A DNA stretch of 62,865 nt, filler included, from Rhabdomonas costata (GCA_019059605.1; 43 parts of 43 records of this genome joined end to end with filler, not necessarily neighbours in it); one strand, 5' to 3'. Positions 1 to 12,581 are shown, counted from the whole stretch's first letter. Notes: a model not told the origin generated them from the letters alone. Made by a program: numbers and translations.

Positions 1-854
1 GTTTTTGGTGTGAAGAAGCAAGCTGGGGACTCAGGGCGTAGTATCTCTTGATTTGAATCGAAGGAGCTAACGTTGACTCCACCCGGAAATGGAGAGATTA
101 GTATGTCCCATTCCGACCTGAGGTTTTTTGCTCTCTATGCTGCTGGGGGTGTTCGAGCTTCTTCACCCAGCCTCCAGACCCTCGCCAGTCGCGAGGGAAG
201 ATCCAAAACGTCACACTAGTCGCTGGGTGACCTACGATGTGGTTACTCCCGGGGAGTCCAGAGCATAGAACTCGAGCTAGAGTGACGGATTGGGGCTCAC
301 ATCTCGTGATATGGTGGTACTCCTGAGAGGAATTGATCTTCGATCTTGGATTACTTCTTAATGCCGACATGTGACCCCTTCAAGGTCCATTTTTGGCACT
401 GTCTGGGCCCTTGCAGGCCTGAATACCGAGCCTAAGCTTTCAGCCGGGCCTGCTTAGCATACCTGTGCCCACGAGTACTGCAACCTGGAGCCGGAGTGGG
501 CTACAGCATGGAACCGGAGTGCGAAGCCGCCGGCTAGCAGTTTAAGAAAAATGTATGCTGGCATATCGTCTGGCAAACTGCAAGTTGGGTGTGCCATCAC
601 TGATTTACAAGTCCCGAATTTCACCGGATCGACCGGAAGCGAACTCCAAAACCCCCCAGGACAGCGTCATAAATACCCCAACGCCACCCCCCCCCTACCC
701 ACAGTGGCTCAAAGATGGCGTAAAATCTCTTTTCACAGGATAAAAAAGATAGCCACTGCGCTACTACGCTCCACTAAGGCGGACCACTCCCAACAGAAAT
801 AGTATGCGGCGGACCTAAGCCAGAGAGATAGAGAAGGGTTGCGGTGGGGCGCAC

Positions 855-1049
855 CTTCGCAATGACAAGTTCTCCGATAACGTCAACCCATCTCTGCAAG
901 ACGGCATTCTCAAGTGGAGTTGTGAAACTGCGGGAGGACACCACGGTGACGTCTGGGCGTTCATTTATCAAAATGGCCAGTGCCCTCTCGCGGTTCTTCG
1001 CTTCACAGGCATTGGCCAACTCTTTTCCCGCAGTGAAGGACCGCCGGGC
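855..1049 (-). CDS. Internal exon of an ankyrin-repeat-like protein
   Basis: 195-nt phase-0 exon between ttttggcccacAG and AAG|GTGCGC. Peptide AGKELANACEAKNRERALAILINERPDVTVVSSRSFTTPLENAVLQRWVDVIGELVIAK fits the ankyrin pattern (L..A...L....DV......TPL..A). Confidence 0.6.
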
Positions 1050-1466
1050 CTGTGGGCCAAAACGAAGGAAGGATAGCTGGTACTATTCGGGAAAAAGATC
1101 CATTCGAAACGCTCATTCAAAGAGATTTCCCTTTTCGCTTTTCTGCAGTTCCGCAAGCGCATCTCCATCCTGCCATCGAGCAGCGCCCTTCCTTGCTTTC
1201 TTTCTACCAAAAAAGGGAATCCTTGCAATATAACGGCAGGCAGAGGAATGAAACAAACACATAGAAAACACAGGAACCTGAGGAGGATATCCCGTACACT
1301 GCATAAAAGTATGGGTTAGGGTCTGCTTGCTTCTCTCCTACTTTGCGGAAACAGCAGGAATCAAAANNNNNNNNNNNNNNNNNNNNNNNNNNNNNNNNNN
1401 NNNNNNNNNNTTAATTAATTAANNNNNNNNNNNNNNNNNNNNNNNNNNNNNNNNNNNNNNNNNNNN

Positions 1467-2807
1467 AGCGGGAAAAAAGCGTTCCGGGGTCCCCTTTTGC
1501 ACGCTCCCTGAGGCCTTCTTTCTCGGGGTGCGGAGGGCTCGGCACCCAGGTCTCTGCTGCGCCTTTACTGTCCGCAGCTGCAGCCTTCGCATGGGTGAGG
1601 GAGTGTCGTGTGGCGGGCTCGCATAATTTGATTGATCGGCTTCTTCGCAATCATCATGATGATCATCAGTGAGACGAGGGATTGCATTTGCCGCAAGCAA
1701 TAGATCTCCACTTTGAGCTTCCGCCTGAGTCTCACATAAACAGCGGTCCCGGCCGAACTCCGAACGCATCCGGGTGCGGTTTTCATTCGCTTCCTGGGAA
1801 CTCCCGACATCAGCCTTGAGAATGCTCCAGAGTCGTACTGCATTGTCATCAGAGGCTGTGGCAAAATATTGGTGCGCAAAAGGGTGCCAAGCAACAGCGC
1901 CAACCTCCCCTTCTGCACTGGCCAAGCGATGCGGGTGGAGCCCACAACCCACCCAAGGCTGGCCTTGGGGAAGGCTCCACAGTCTGGCGACGTTGTCTGA
2001 GGAGCCAGAAAGAAGCGCTCGGCCATCTGGGCTGAAGCAACACTTTACAAAGTAGGAGCGAACGGAGATGTGATCGACGGGAAGAGTTTCCAGCGGCTCG
2101 AGACAAGCTTTGGAGCCTCCTTGGGCAAGCAATGCGCCCAGCGAATATAAGGTAATTCTGCCGTCAAAGCTAAGGCAAGCCATTGTGCTATGCGAAGAGT
2201 CAAGGGCAAGCGAAGCAAGGCCTCGATTCCCTGGAGAGGGGTGTACTTCAAAGAGCGGCTGCGCCTTCCCCGATACCGTTTTTGTAGGGGAGGGCCCTGC
2301 TCCAGAGTTGGGGCGAGACCGCTTCATACCGGAAGGGCGATCGATGGCACAACTTCCCGTTGACATCGTCCGTAGGTCAAACGCTTTCACAGACCCATCA
2401 ATGGATCCCGCAGTGATGATGGTGCGATCATCCTGCAAGAACCTTACACACGTCACCCCGTGGGCAGCGCTCTTGCAAGGTTTCGGCTTGCGAGGGCGCC
2501 GCACGGAACCTGCGACGGTTGCTGCAGTGGAGGAGGGCGGGACTCGTCTGCGTGCCGGTGAACTGGCAGAAAGACGCTCCACCACACCGTCGAGGGTGCA
2601 TGGACCCTCGATCGCCGGGAGTGATGATGATGACACCACGTCAATGTCTTCTTCCAGGGTGCTGATACGACTCAAAAACCTCGAAGAGATCACAGAGGAC
2701 CCAGCCAAGATTGACTCTGCCTGTGGGATATCCGCTCCTCGGGTCCTCAACCCTTCGCTGTCCTTGAGGCAGTGCACAGCCCAGTCTCGAGCTATGTGCC
2801 CTTTGCT
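1467..2807 (-). CDS. CDT2: Denticleless/Cdt2-like WD40 protein (CRL4 substrate receptor), partial
   Basis: HGVTCVRFLQDDRTIITAGSIDGSVKAFDLR, SYFVKCCFSPDGRALLSGSSDN and EVGAVAWHP..YFATASDDNAVRLW parallel the DTL/Cdt2 WD40 blades. Long open frame running to the contig end. Confidence 0.85.
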
Positions 2808-3695
2808 CTACGGGGCTCAGTACCACCACCCNNNNNNNNNNNNNNNNNNNNNNNNNNNNNNNNNNNNNNNNNNNNTTAATTAATTAANNNNNNNNNNNNN
2901 NNNNNNNNNNNNNNNNNNNNNNNNNNNNNNNGTTTTTTGTTCGGCATTGGACACGCTGCAGTACAAAAAAGTCGTCCAACTATCCTCGTTACCCTCGTAA
3001 CCCACCCGTCAGCCCCCCCAGCAATATCCAAGAAGTCAACCGGTTTCTACTTCTTATTCAGGTACGAATATACATATCAACGAAACACTATTCAGGGGCA
3101 CTGCTTGGCTGACCGATAGCAATCACTTTATTCAGGTGAAAGTGAGTGGGGGTGCATGGCGCATGGGTTCATAGTGCAGAAGGCACACGAAGTTGGGTGG
3201 GGTGCAAGGCAGCGTTAGGGTTGGCCCTGGCCGAATCGGCTCTTCTCAGCGCGCGAAACAAATTCATCGCAAATTCATCAAGCTTCATCTGTCACTAACC
3301 TCATCGAAAAATTTCGCTATTTGTCATTAGAATCCCAGGTCTGACCCCACGAAAGTCTGTCCTCTGCATAATCGCCTTTCTGGGAGGCAAGTCGGCAAGT
3401 AAAAACAAAAGTGCTCCCACGTGATTCGAGTAGTAATTATGATCATTATATCTACTCAGAACTAATGTCGATTTATTTCTGGGGTTAATTCAGGTGGGCC
3501 GTGCTGCACAGCCACAGCACCACCCTAGATGGAGAATTTAAAGAAGAAGTTCCCGGTGTTCTTCAACGCCGATTTCAAGAGATTGGAAGATAGATCCCGA
3601 AAAAGGTCTGTAATTCACAACACAAGCATACATTCCGTGCTTCTGACTCTGGCGTGAATCTCACGCAAACATGCTGTGTGCATTCTTCTAGGTGA

Positions 3696-4295
3696 CTAGA
3701 TGGACCGGTCTGTACCGGAGCCGGACCCTCCACTTTCAACACATATACATACCCACTGATGTACAACGTTGCTCTGGCGTACTCCTAGCGCATAAATTCT
3801 CTCAAGTACCATTCTAGAGTTGCCCTCACACCCTAGGCTTTGCTTTCTCAGGCTCCTTCGAGGGGTTGCCCCAATTCCCCTATTCCACCGAGACCTGGCC
3901 CTGGCCACGGGCTTCCGCCTGCTTCCCCCCACTGCGGCGCATTGCTGGCCTTGCCTCCAGTTGGTGTCCAGCCAGCGGTCGTCCAGCTGGTGCACCAGGA
4001 GGTAGGGGTTCCCCCCGGGGTACTTCTCCACGCAGTACCCCTCCCCACACTGTGCCCTGGCCTTTGCCGGGGCGTGGGTGGCCTCCAACGCAAGCACCAC
4101 CCGCAGCCTTTCCAGCTTCCACCGCAGCTTGGCCTTCTGGTATACCGCGTCAAAGGTGTGAGTCATCAAGGCGATGAGCAGGTTGAGCATCAGCACGACC
4201 GTAAGCACGGACCATCCCAGGGAGAACACCACGGATAGAGATGGCACCTGCGAGCCCTGTGAGAGCCCCCCCTCCACCCCATAGGCAGCCAACAC
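3696..4295 (-). CDS. TRP-family cation channel, C-terminal part (S6 helix and TRP box)
   Basis: VLTVVLMLNLLIALMTHTFDAV is a typical S6 (LLNxLIAxM), followed by a WKLERLRVVLALE TRP box resembling the TRPV type. 5' end truncated by the contig edge. Confidence 0.85.
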   Translation of the reverse strand: MLAAYGVEGGLSQGSQVPSLSVVFSLGWSVLTVVLMLNLLIALMTHTFDAVYQKAKLRWKLERLRVVLALEATHAPAKARAQCGEGYCVEKYPGGNPYLLVHQLDDRWLDTNWRQGQQCAAVGGSRRKPVARARSRWNRGIGATPRRSLRKQSLGCEGNSRMVLERIYALGVRQSNVVHQWVCICVESGGSGSGTDRSI

Positions 4296-4989
4296 ANNNN
4301 NNNNNNNNNNNNNNNNNNNNNNNNNNNNNNNNNNNNNNNNTTAATTAATTAANNNNNNNNNNNNNNNNNNNNNNNNNNNNNNNNNNNNNNNNNNNNTGTT
4401 GGTGTTCATGTGGTGAACTTCGGAGGGGGAAGGGGGAGAAGGAAGAAACCGAATGAGAAGGTGTGAATTCAAGAGGTGAGAGACAAAAGGCAGAAACAAA
4501 ATATGCGGAGGAGGTGGAGGGAAACACTTCGGGACAAGGGAACAGGGACGGCGGTACCCTTCAAGTAACTATTCATCTCCAACTCCAAAAATGTAGCATT
4601 GCGCACAATCGGAAGGGAGCGAGGTGACGGGCCCATTCCAAGCGATCAGAAATGATGGAGAAGACGCACTGTAGGTGTGGATGATACGCTAAACGTAGCA
4701 CACACCTGGAAAATCATCCCGCCACCGCCGCTTTTGAAGGTACGAGGCTTTGATGGACCTTTTCCGTGGCTGGCCAAAGGTTGCAGTTGGGCACCCCGCC
4801 GGGGTAACGGCAGTGCGTCCATTCCATACAATCCCACAAAGGCACAAAACCGAAAAATATACAAAAAGGGCACACCTACAACGGTGACGACTGCATGAAG
4901 CAAACCGATGGAGCAAATGCAATATATTGTCCCGAAGGAATATTGCTATCAACTGAAGGGAGTAGTTAAAGATTTCGGCCTGCGAACAA

Positions 4990-5761
4990 TTGTCTCGGGT
5001 CCATTTTGGTCAGCTGGTGTGCAGGAAAAATAGGGTGGTAGAAAACAAACGATCTCTGTCGATTCTAGAAAAGGATGATTTTGAAGGATGGGGCCTGCCT
5101 TTCTTTACATCCCGAACTGAAACGATCTTAACAATCGAGATTGAAGAACGAAGGCTCCGACATTTCTCAGCATTACGCCGAATCTTGACAACACGGCCTG
5201 TGTTGTCCCCACGCGGCTCCTTAGTTGTGCTCGAATTGCTCTGCTATTGTAAGCAATCCCTTTTGTCCCTGAATCACTCCCTACCTCGTTTGTTTCGCTT
5301 TCAATGTACTAGGTACTGCCGAACCGTATCTCGGTTGCTTCCTAGCATGACTCTCGTCCAAACTTCGCGCACTGCCGTTGCTTGGAATGAGCAGATGTAC
5401 AGCAAAAGCTACGAAAATAATGTCCCACTGAAGGTCAAAAATTGTTCCTGTTAAATATGGCCCTTATTAACCCTACACCATACCCCTTTCAAATATTCAG
5501 CAATTTCCGCTGTGGAGTGATGGGGTCAACACGAAGGATTCTGGGACACATGGGGTCAGTGGGTGCAAGCGCGGTTGTGGTTAGGCACCACCGACTCAGC
5601 GCCCGTCTTTGAACGTTGGCTGAAATTCTTTCAGGAACAACAGTCTCAGGAGAAAAGCATCGTAGATTTAAACAGATTTGGACACAGAACCTATTACGGA
5701 GAAGAGCAAAGCTCACCTCACTACAGTGCTGGACGCTCAACTGTCGAGCAGACCCACAACA
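4990..5761 (+). mobile_element. Possible heavily decayed LTR-retrotransposon pol remnant
   Basis: EERRLRHFSALRRILTTRPVLSP resembles the RT-RNaseH connection motif (F..LK..LT..PVL..P). TDSAPVF...SPHYSAGRSTVEQTH resembles the integrase core. Pieces are fragmentary and interrupted. Confidence 0.3.
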
Positions 5762-5875
5762 NNNNNNNNNNNNNNNNNNNNNNNNNNNNNNNNNNNNNNN
5801 NNNNNTTAATTAATTAANNNNNNNNNNNNNNNNNNNNNNNNNNNNNNNNNNNNNNNNNNNNAAAAGCTGCCATAC

Positions 5876-7102
5876 CTCAGCATTGTGGAAACGAGCCGGA
5901 GCACCTCCAAACACAGCGCAGAGCTAAAGGTGGCTTCCGCCAGATTAAGAGCTGAGCTGTGGTCTCCTGGGGAGAAAAATACGCAAAGAAAAAAGAAACA
6001 GGAACTAAAACTCCGAACTGCAGCATTCACTGTTCTGAGCTCCCGTCGAGCTGAGAGGGAGTTTGGGGTTTAAAAAAGAAATTCCGAGTGATTTTAGAGG
6101 ATTCGCTTCTTATCAAGCTCGCTTGGGCGGACAAACCAAGGTGTACGACGGAACAAACAAGCAAGGGGGTCCCGCCGCGGGTGGTCTCCAAGTCCAACGC
6201 GAGTTATGAATGATTGTTACATGTACAGCACTTTGATTGCCCCCGCAACACAGGACTTAAATTGCGGTGTTCGAGAACGAGCCAAGATAAAAAGAAAGAA
6301 AAGTAGCAGTGCCAAGGGATGATATTCTGCACACCTCTCGTGACAGCGCCCAGTGCAGGGGCCAGCGCCTGCAGAGTGAGCGTCAAGCAGTGCAACACTT
6401 CTGCCCAAGCACGCCCCTGCCCGCGGGTTTGGGTTTGAGGCCCAGGAAACCCCCGGAGCAGAGCAGTTGGGGCAACCCGCCCGCTCTCGTCCGTGGTGCC
6501 GCACTCGCGATGTCGCACCCAGTATTCCACAGTGCTTCGCATGAACCGGACTAGCGTAAGCTGGAGGCTTAGCTGAGCCACGGAGAGCCCACCCAGGGCT
6601 GTGCAAGAGCCACAGCTCCCGTCGCTGAGAAGGGCTCTAAGGACGTTGCCGAACGGCAGCAGGACTTCCGAGACAAGGAACTCGAGCACAGGAGAGTACA
6701 GGAATTTGATGGTCTCACTGAGAGTAGGGTGGCAATGCAACCCATAACCAAGGCTTTTTTTCTTTGACAGCTGTGTTTGTTTGTTCGCAACCAAGTGCTT
6801 CCATTCGTCATTCATATGTTCACCTCATCTCTCCCAACTCAGAAACACTGTCCCAGTCACCCAAATATGAAAGGCACACACCGGAATGCAGGCGCGGACA
6901 CATACCTGTCAAGACAGCAGCCTTCCCCCAGCGCCTCGATGCACAAATCTAACACAGCTTCCAGTGCGACAAAGTCTATCGGGGAACAGGGTGCCGCGGT
7001 AAGGAAGGGCTCCAGCACCGGAAGCCCGCAGCGCAGCCGCGGAGGCGGCGACGGGGACTGCAAGAGGCATCTCAGCGACCCAAGGGTGCCAAAGAAGCTC
7101 GC
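5876..7102 (-). CDS. Hypothetical helical protein, three exons (7102-6906, 6717-6335, 5966-5876)
   Basis: Three GC-rich blocks with GT/AG borders whose phases join in frame (...CLD-S-ETIKFL..., ...VTR-G-DHSSAL...). No family recognised. Confidence 0.6.
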
Positions 7103-7333
7103 CTGGAAACAGTAAGAATTCTTGGCACCCACCACTCCTCGACAAGGGTTCCAAAAGTTCCGACGCGGGATTGGTCATCCCCCGATACCTAAAACCGTGC
7201 AAGATCGACGCTTCTACCCCCCCACANNNNNNNNNNNNNNNNNNNNNNNNNNNNNNNNNNNNNNNNNNNNTTAATTAATTAANNNNNNNNNNNNNNNNNN
7301 NNNNNNNNNNNNNNNNNNNNNNNNNNGGGTTGG

Positions 7334-7494
7334 TGGAGCCGTTCCCAACTGAGTAAAATGCCTGGGCGGTTTTTGCAGATAGAAATATCTTAAAGTCCAC
7401 TTGGATTTCCCAGTAAAAAGGCTGAACTCTGGTGTGAACGCCATTTTTTCAACAAAAACCGCCCAGGCATTTTACTCAGTTGGGAACGGCTCCA
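7334..7494. repeat. Perfect 42-bp inverted repeat at contig start (7334-7375 / 7453-7494), probable WGA fold-back
   Basis: Arms are exact reverse complements and the left arm begins 7 nt from the contig edge, after a G/T-only stub. Confidence 0.8.
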
Positions 7495-8117
7495 GAAACC
7501 TCAAAAGCGCGGAAGGAGGGCTGAAAGCTTCAAAGTGCGAGCACAAGCAAGTCCAACCCGGCCGATTCACGCCCCACGCTGATGACTGCTGTACGGGGTG
7601 AGTGTTGTGTGCATAACGCACTGGCTGTTGTATGCGCCCACGCCAGCAAGCGAATCGCATCATAGGAAAAGTGGCTTGTGCGTATGGAATTGGTTGGGCG
7701 GGGGAATAAAATAAAGGAAAGTATGATTGATGCAGAGTTTGCAGCGGAGGGGCACCCCCTCCCTCCTCTGGCGTGACGTTCCCATATCCTGGATGCTGGC
7801 ACCTCACGCCTGACAAAAGTGCGAGCAACCAGGCTGCCTGAGTCAGAGGTTAGGGGTAGCTTTTCTTTTTATCCATGCATTCTTTCACGTGTGTGTATAT
7901 GTGTTCAAACCGCAATGAACATTCAAAACACAACTGTTCACCCAAGGAACTTTTAGAGCTTGTTTTATGGTTTTAAGTGCGCAGCGGAGGGCGGGGCCTT
8001 TTTCTTGCATTCCACCCATCCAAAGCGATGCGCGTCCACGTTCCGTGACCTTTGAGCCAAAAGAACACGTCAGTCTTCCTGCAAGTCGCAGGACGGGTTG
8101 ACCACGTTCGAGCTGCG

Positions 8118-8398
8118 CTACCGTTCCACAGGCTTGGGCCTCGCCTTGGCAAGTGCCTCCCTTCGCATCACCACCGTAATCAAGGCGCGGTAGAAGCGCA
8201 GGAGGTTCCCGTAATAGGAGTTGGGCGCGACCTGCTCCAGGCTAAGCCTCTGCCCAGACACAGGGTCGCGGCCGGTTTGCCGCAGTGCGGCCTCCAGGGC
8301 GGCCCGCTCATATGTGTAGCCGTTTGGAGTCAGCACTGGCTCCCGCATGGGCCGCCCTGTGCTCCTGCAGAGCATGTCCTGGGGCAGCAACCGGAGCC
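8118..8398 (-). CDS. U-box domain E3 ubiquitin ligase, probable terminal exon
   Basis: PQDMLCRSTGRPMREPVLTPNGYTYERAALEAAL..GRDPVSGQRL....VAPN matches the U-box consensus. Acceptor ctctttttggtAG. Confidence 0.88.
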
Positions 8399-8968
8399 CT
8401 ACCAAAAAGAGAGCACTCATCACCAGAGATCTGCCTCAAGGTATCCGCAGCTCTCCTTCTCAATTTTGAAAACCAAAGGAAAGGAGGAGAACCTTCAGTG
8501 CAAGATCAAGACAATTCAACGGAGACGTTTTTTGTGTGACAGGCTGGCCTTGCTGTTTCCTTTTTTTAGAGGGGTTGCACAATTCGGGCCACAAAGGGGT
8601 GACTCCTTGGATACATGCACACAACTCTTACCACCACAACCTCACTCAGGGATCACCGTTGCGCATGGAAGCCACAGCTGCAAAACANNNNNNNNNNNNN
8701 NNNNNNNNNNNNNNNNNNNNNNNNNNNNNNNTTAATTAATTAANNNNNNNNNNNNNNNNNNNNNNNNNNNNNNNNNNNNNNNNNNNNGTTGTGGGGGCGG
8801 GTTGGCATCGAAAGGAGGGGGATTCAACTTGACAGAACCCAGAAGAAATCTGGTGCTTGCAGGGGGTCTTTTGCGGAGTTGTGTGTATGTGGAGGGGGTG
8901 GGGTTCAGAGCCTTTATCATTTCTTCCTCCGAGCATTTTGGGCCATGTTTTTCTGTTTTTCCACTCAG

Positions 8969-9075
8969 CATTTTCCTGCCGGGGCATGCTGTGCCCCGAT
9001 GGCAAGCGATTACCCCACAACACAACGCGGTGCGCCAAACGCATCTGTACGCCCGAAGAGTGCTGCGGCGGCTGG
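8969..9075 (+). CDS. Small exon encoding a Cys-rich, probably extracellular module
   Basis: After a pyrimidine-rich acceptor (tttttccactcAG), one frame reads FSCRGMLCPDGKRLPHNTTRCAKRICTPEECC with six Cys. All three frames are open, so the frame is uncertain. Confidence 0.35.
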
Positions 9076-10667
9076 GTGTAAGGAGTACGATGCTGGGCGG
9101 CGGTCAAGAGGACGAACCTGCTCGTCACTCGCTTCTTGTTGTTTTAGAGCTTTTTTTTGAGGTGTTTTTGTCAACACCAGGCAGCGATTACTCGGAGCAA
9201 TAGCATGGGAAGGTTTGGGAAGCGAAGGGCGGCTCGGATGTGACTTGTTTGAAGTAGTTTAGGGTCGAAGGATTTTCTGCGCCTTTTAAAGTTACGCGTC
9301 TGGCCTCCCTCGTGCCTTTTTCTTCAGACCTTCCTATGGAGACTGGCACAGTGCGGGTGCTGTTTGCTCTGTGTTTTACGTGTGTTTTGTTGGGCAGCTT
9401 ACCGTTTTTCTTGAGCACGTCACCAAAAGAGCTGAGGTATTACCAATGGCGAAGAGAGGAAGGGCACCGTTAACCCATCAACGTGTGTACAGTTCTCATC
9501 CCCTCCCGCTGACTAGTGGTAGGGAAGGGGGATGGGAGCAAGAAGAACCTAAGTTCTATTGTTCATTTTTGGCTCACCCAGGTGTCCATACTCCCCCCCC
9601 TCGAGCAGTGATGGGGAAGTGGGGCTTCAGCTGCGATGGTGGTGACCGCAGTTCCCGTCGAGGACCGATAACATCCAAGCTATGGCAACTTTATCCTTTT
9701 AGGATCGTTGCCCCTATGTTGCTGGATTCATTGCAATACTGCGATTTGCGGAGTGCAGGTAGTGGCAGCACCAATGAGCGCGAATGGCAAGTACCATTGT
9801 TGGGGTGTCTTTGTCCGAGTTCACCCCGATCTATTGGGGTGAACTCATTTGGCATCCCTCCCGGGTAGCACGCACGGGAGACCGTGGAAGCTCCCTTTCT
9901 TTCTGGAGTTGTTGCGCGTGCGAACATGCCCGTGATCGAAAAGTGAACTAAAAGAAGTAAACGGCATTCAAGTTGCTTGGTGCCTCCGCAATCCCACGGT
10001 TATGCCACCTAGTATTGTGGGCATAGATGATGCTCATTGTAACTCAGGGAAAGACGTCCTTTCCCTTTCTGCCATCCTTCCATTCACCGTTGTCCCCAAT
10101 CTGTCAAATAGAAGCACCAACCAGGCTTCCCACAAAAAGGTTCCCCANNNNNNNNNNNNNNNNNNNNNNNNNNNNNNNNNNNNNNNNNNNNTTAATTAAT
10201 TAANNNNNNNNNNNNNNNNNNNNNNNNNNNNNNNNNNNNNNNNNNNNTGTTTGGGGGGGGGGTGGCTACCTGGGCCTAGGGGCCTTGCGTCGTATGCCAT
10301 ATGGAGTTCAGTTACAGTTAACCGGAAAGTATTCTGAGAAACAAATCTGAGAGCCCAATTAAGGTAGGGCGTACCTAAATGAATAACCAAGAGTTTTTAT
10401 TGTTTTTAGCTTGACTGGAAGTGTGCCAAAAATCCTCGAATTTTTTTCCGTTGTTACAAGCATTTGAAGTGTGCGAGTGCTCCCTAAAAGAGCATTTTTG
10501 GTTACACCCTCAAAACTGCTTCTAATCTTATACTATGGCTATGGCTGCGGTTTGTGTTGAGGATTGGGACAACATTAGTTTAGGGGCGAAGTGCCGCGGC
10601 TCGGCTGGAATGGGTCGCTTTGCTGTGGTGCCTTTATTTTATGGCCCGTAGAAAAACCGCTACATCC

Positions 10668-10690
10668 GTAACTGTAACTGTAACTGTAAC
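10668..10690 (+). repeat. (GTAACT)n microsatellite
   Basis: gtaactgtaactgtaactgtaac seen directly. Confidence 0.9.
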
Positions 10691-10905
10691 CCCCAACTTT
10701 ATGAGCACCAGTTTAAAGTTTGTTTTGTGCAGTTGCTGCGTGTCACATTCGATTGGTGGCAGGGAGTTGGAGTCGAGTTGCTGCCCCCTCTGGCGAATGC
10801 TTCATTCCAGCTGTGAGTGGGGTTTTGCAGTGCGTGTTTCGCTGGCCTCTTGTTGGGTGTGGTGTTTGAGGGTGATTGGGGACGTTGCCGGGGGAATCAC
10901 GCGGT

Positions 10906-11061
10906 ATGGCCGTCACGCCTCAAAAGCTGAAGCTCGCCCTGCGACCAGCACGGAAGCTGATGTTGGAGCCCGCGACGTTTTTCGAAGGTTGCACAAGGGT
11001 GCTGGAGATCTTAGAGAAGATTCCCGTAGATGGTGAGGCAGCAGCAGCGTACATTCGGAAG
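10906..11061 (+). CDS. Possible first exon of a hypothetical protein
   Basis: ATG-initiated MAVTPQKLKLALRPARKLMLEP...AAAAYIRK ending at AAG|GTGCAT, followed by AT-rich intron-like sequence. Confidence 0.4.
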
Positions 11062-12035
11062 GTGCATGTTAGCATATTGAATCGTTAAATTTTCTAATTT
11101 GCTTAAAAAATTGAAATATTGAAAAATGCAAATGAAAAATCTGACTGATGACGTTTGGAGAAAAAAAAAGGCGGGCCCTGCTCCGTGTGCGGGTTCCCCG
11201 TGCGTAAATGCTCCTCCTGAGATGGAAGGATTTATTAAAAGAATCGGTACCCTACCCCTTGCCCGGCTAAGCCCCCCTTGAGGTGTATTCTAACTCGAGC
11301 TACGCTGACAGGTTGAACCGGTTGGATAGGTACTTCGTGAGATTGTAGTTCTCCTGTATTGGGCGTGCTTTTGGCTTTTGCAGTTTCCCAGCCGGTGGCT
11401 GCAACCCCTAGTTATAACCTAGAAGGCCTTTTCGATCTGGCCAAGCGGCACCTAAGGTCGTGCAATGTGTGTGCACTTCGCCTCCATGTTTGTTCTAGGA
11501 TGCAGTTTTTTAATTACATCTCTGGTTTTTTCCGCCCAGTGGGAAGAGCCTACGTCGAGTTTCTTCCCAAAGCGAGGACCTTACAAACCCCCCCCCCAAA
11601 CACACCCACANNNNNNNNNNNNNNNNNNNNNNNNNNNNNNNNNNNNNNNNNNNNTTAATTAATTAANNNNNNNNNNNNNNNNNNNNNNNNNNNNNNNNNN
11701 NNNNNNNNNNGTAAAGTAAAGTGGGGGGGGGGGGGATGCCTCAAAAGACACCATCCCCGATAGTTTTTGCAGTAATTACCCACATGCATGACAGGTCAAC
11801 ATCAACTCCATCCTTTCTATCTAACTAGTTCGCGCCAGGGAGCGTGCAAGAAATTTTCTTTGTCCAATCGTTTCGTATCTAGATGGAAAATTCGCCGGGG
11901 CACTGGAACTGATATAAGACGTTCCAGGTCTGGCGCGTGGACTTCGTTTTTGAGGGGAATCGGTAAGCTGTTAAATTATCCTGCCGCAAAAACAACAGGA
12001 AAAGTCACTCACGTCAACTTGAAAAGCTGGGTTGG

Positions 12036-12581
12036 TCAACCGCAGGAATCACAGTAAGCCAAGTTGATTATCACTCTGCTTATCGATTTCATCAAACCGC
12101 ATATGCTCATAGCATACAATCTGTCCTCAAAGGCTACCACGCAGTACAAGAATTCTTGAAAACCAGGGCTGCGAATCGGTGCACAAAGCGGCTCCACATC
12201 GCACCCCACCCCATCAACCCGTGATGGCCACCACACCGGAGAGTCCTCAGTGAGGCTGGCCGTTTCAGTAGAAGAGCCAGAGTCATCCCACACTGAGGGG
12301 ACCCCTTCCTCGCCTCCAAGGGAGTCCAGGGAGGTCAGTGTCAGGGCCTGAGCACAGGCGGCGCCAGGCCCAGGAAGTGCCACCTCAGACGGAAGAGGGG
12401 GCAACGACTGCGGCTGCGAATGCGCTGAAATGACCTGGGGCACGCCGTTTCCTGGGTGCGAGAAGGAACCCGTGGCGCCCACGGTCACAGTGAATGTTTC
12501 GAAGGGGGGAGGGGACGCAGAAGGAGTCCCAGAGCCGTCTGGTTTCGCAGAATCAAAAGAAAAATCGGGGGTGGCCATCAT
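12036..12581 (-). CDS. Hypothetical Ser/Pro-rich protein, probable first exon (true donor not located)
   Basis: 181-codon ATG-initiated GC-rich low-complexity ORF. No family motif. Confidence 0.35.
   Translation of the reverse strand: MMATPDFSFDSAKPDGSGTPSASPPPFETFTVTVGATGSFSHPGNGVPQVISAHSQPQSLPPLPSEVALPGPGAACAQALTLTSLDSLGGEEGVPSVWDDSGSSTETASLTEDSPVWWPSRVDGVGCDVEPLCAPIRSPGFQEFLYCVVAFEDRLYAMSICGLMKSISRVIINLAYCDSCG

Noticed and set aside
2110-2883. 257-aa plus-strand ORF and similar long antisense ORFs (8052-8735, 29987-30598, 51596-52609)
   Set aside because: These are shadow frames opposite GC-rich real exons (Cdt2, U-box, ADI, GCP5) with no motifs of their own.
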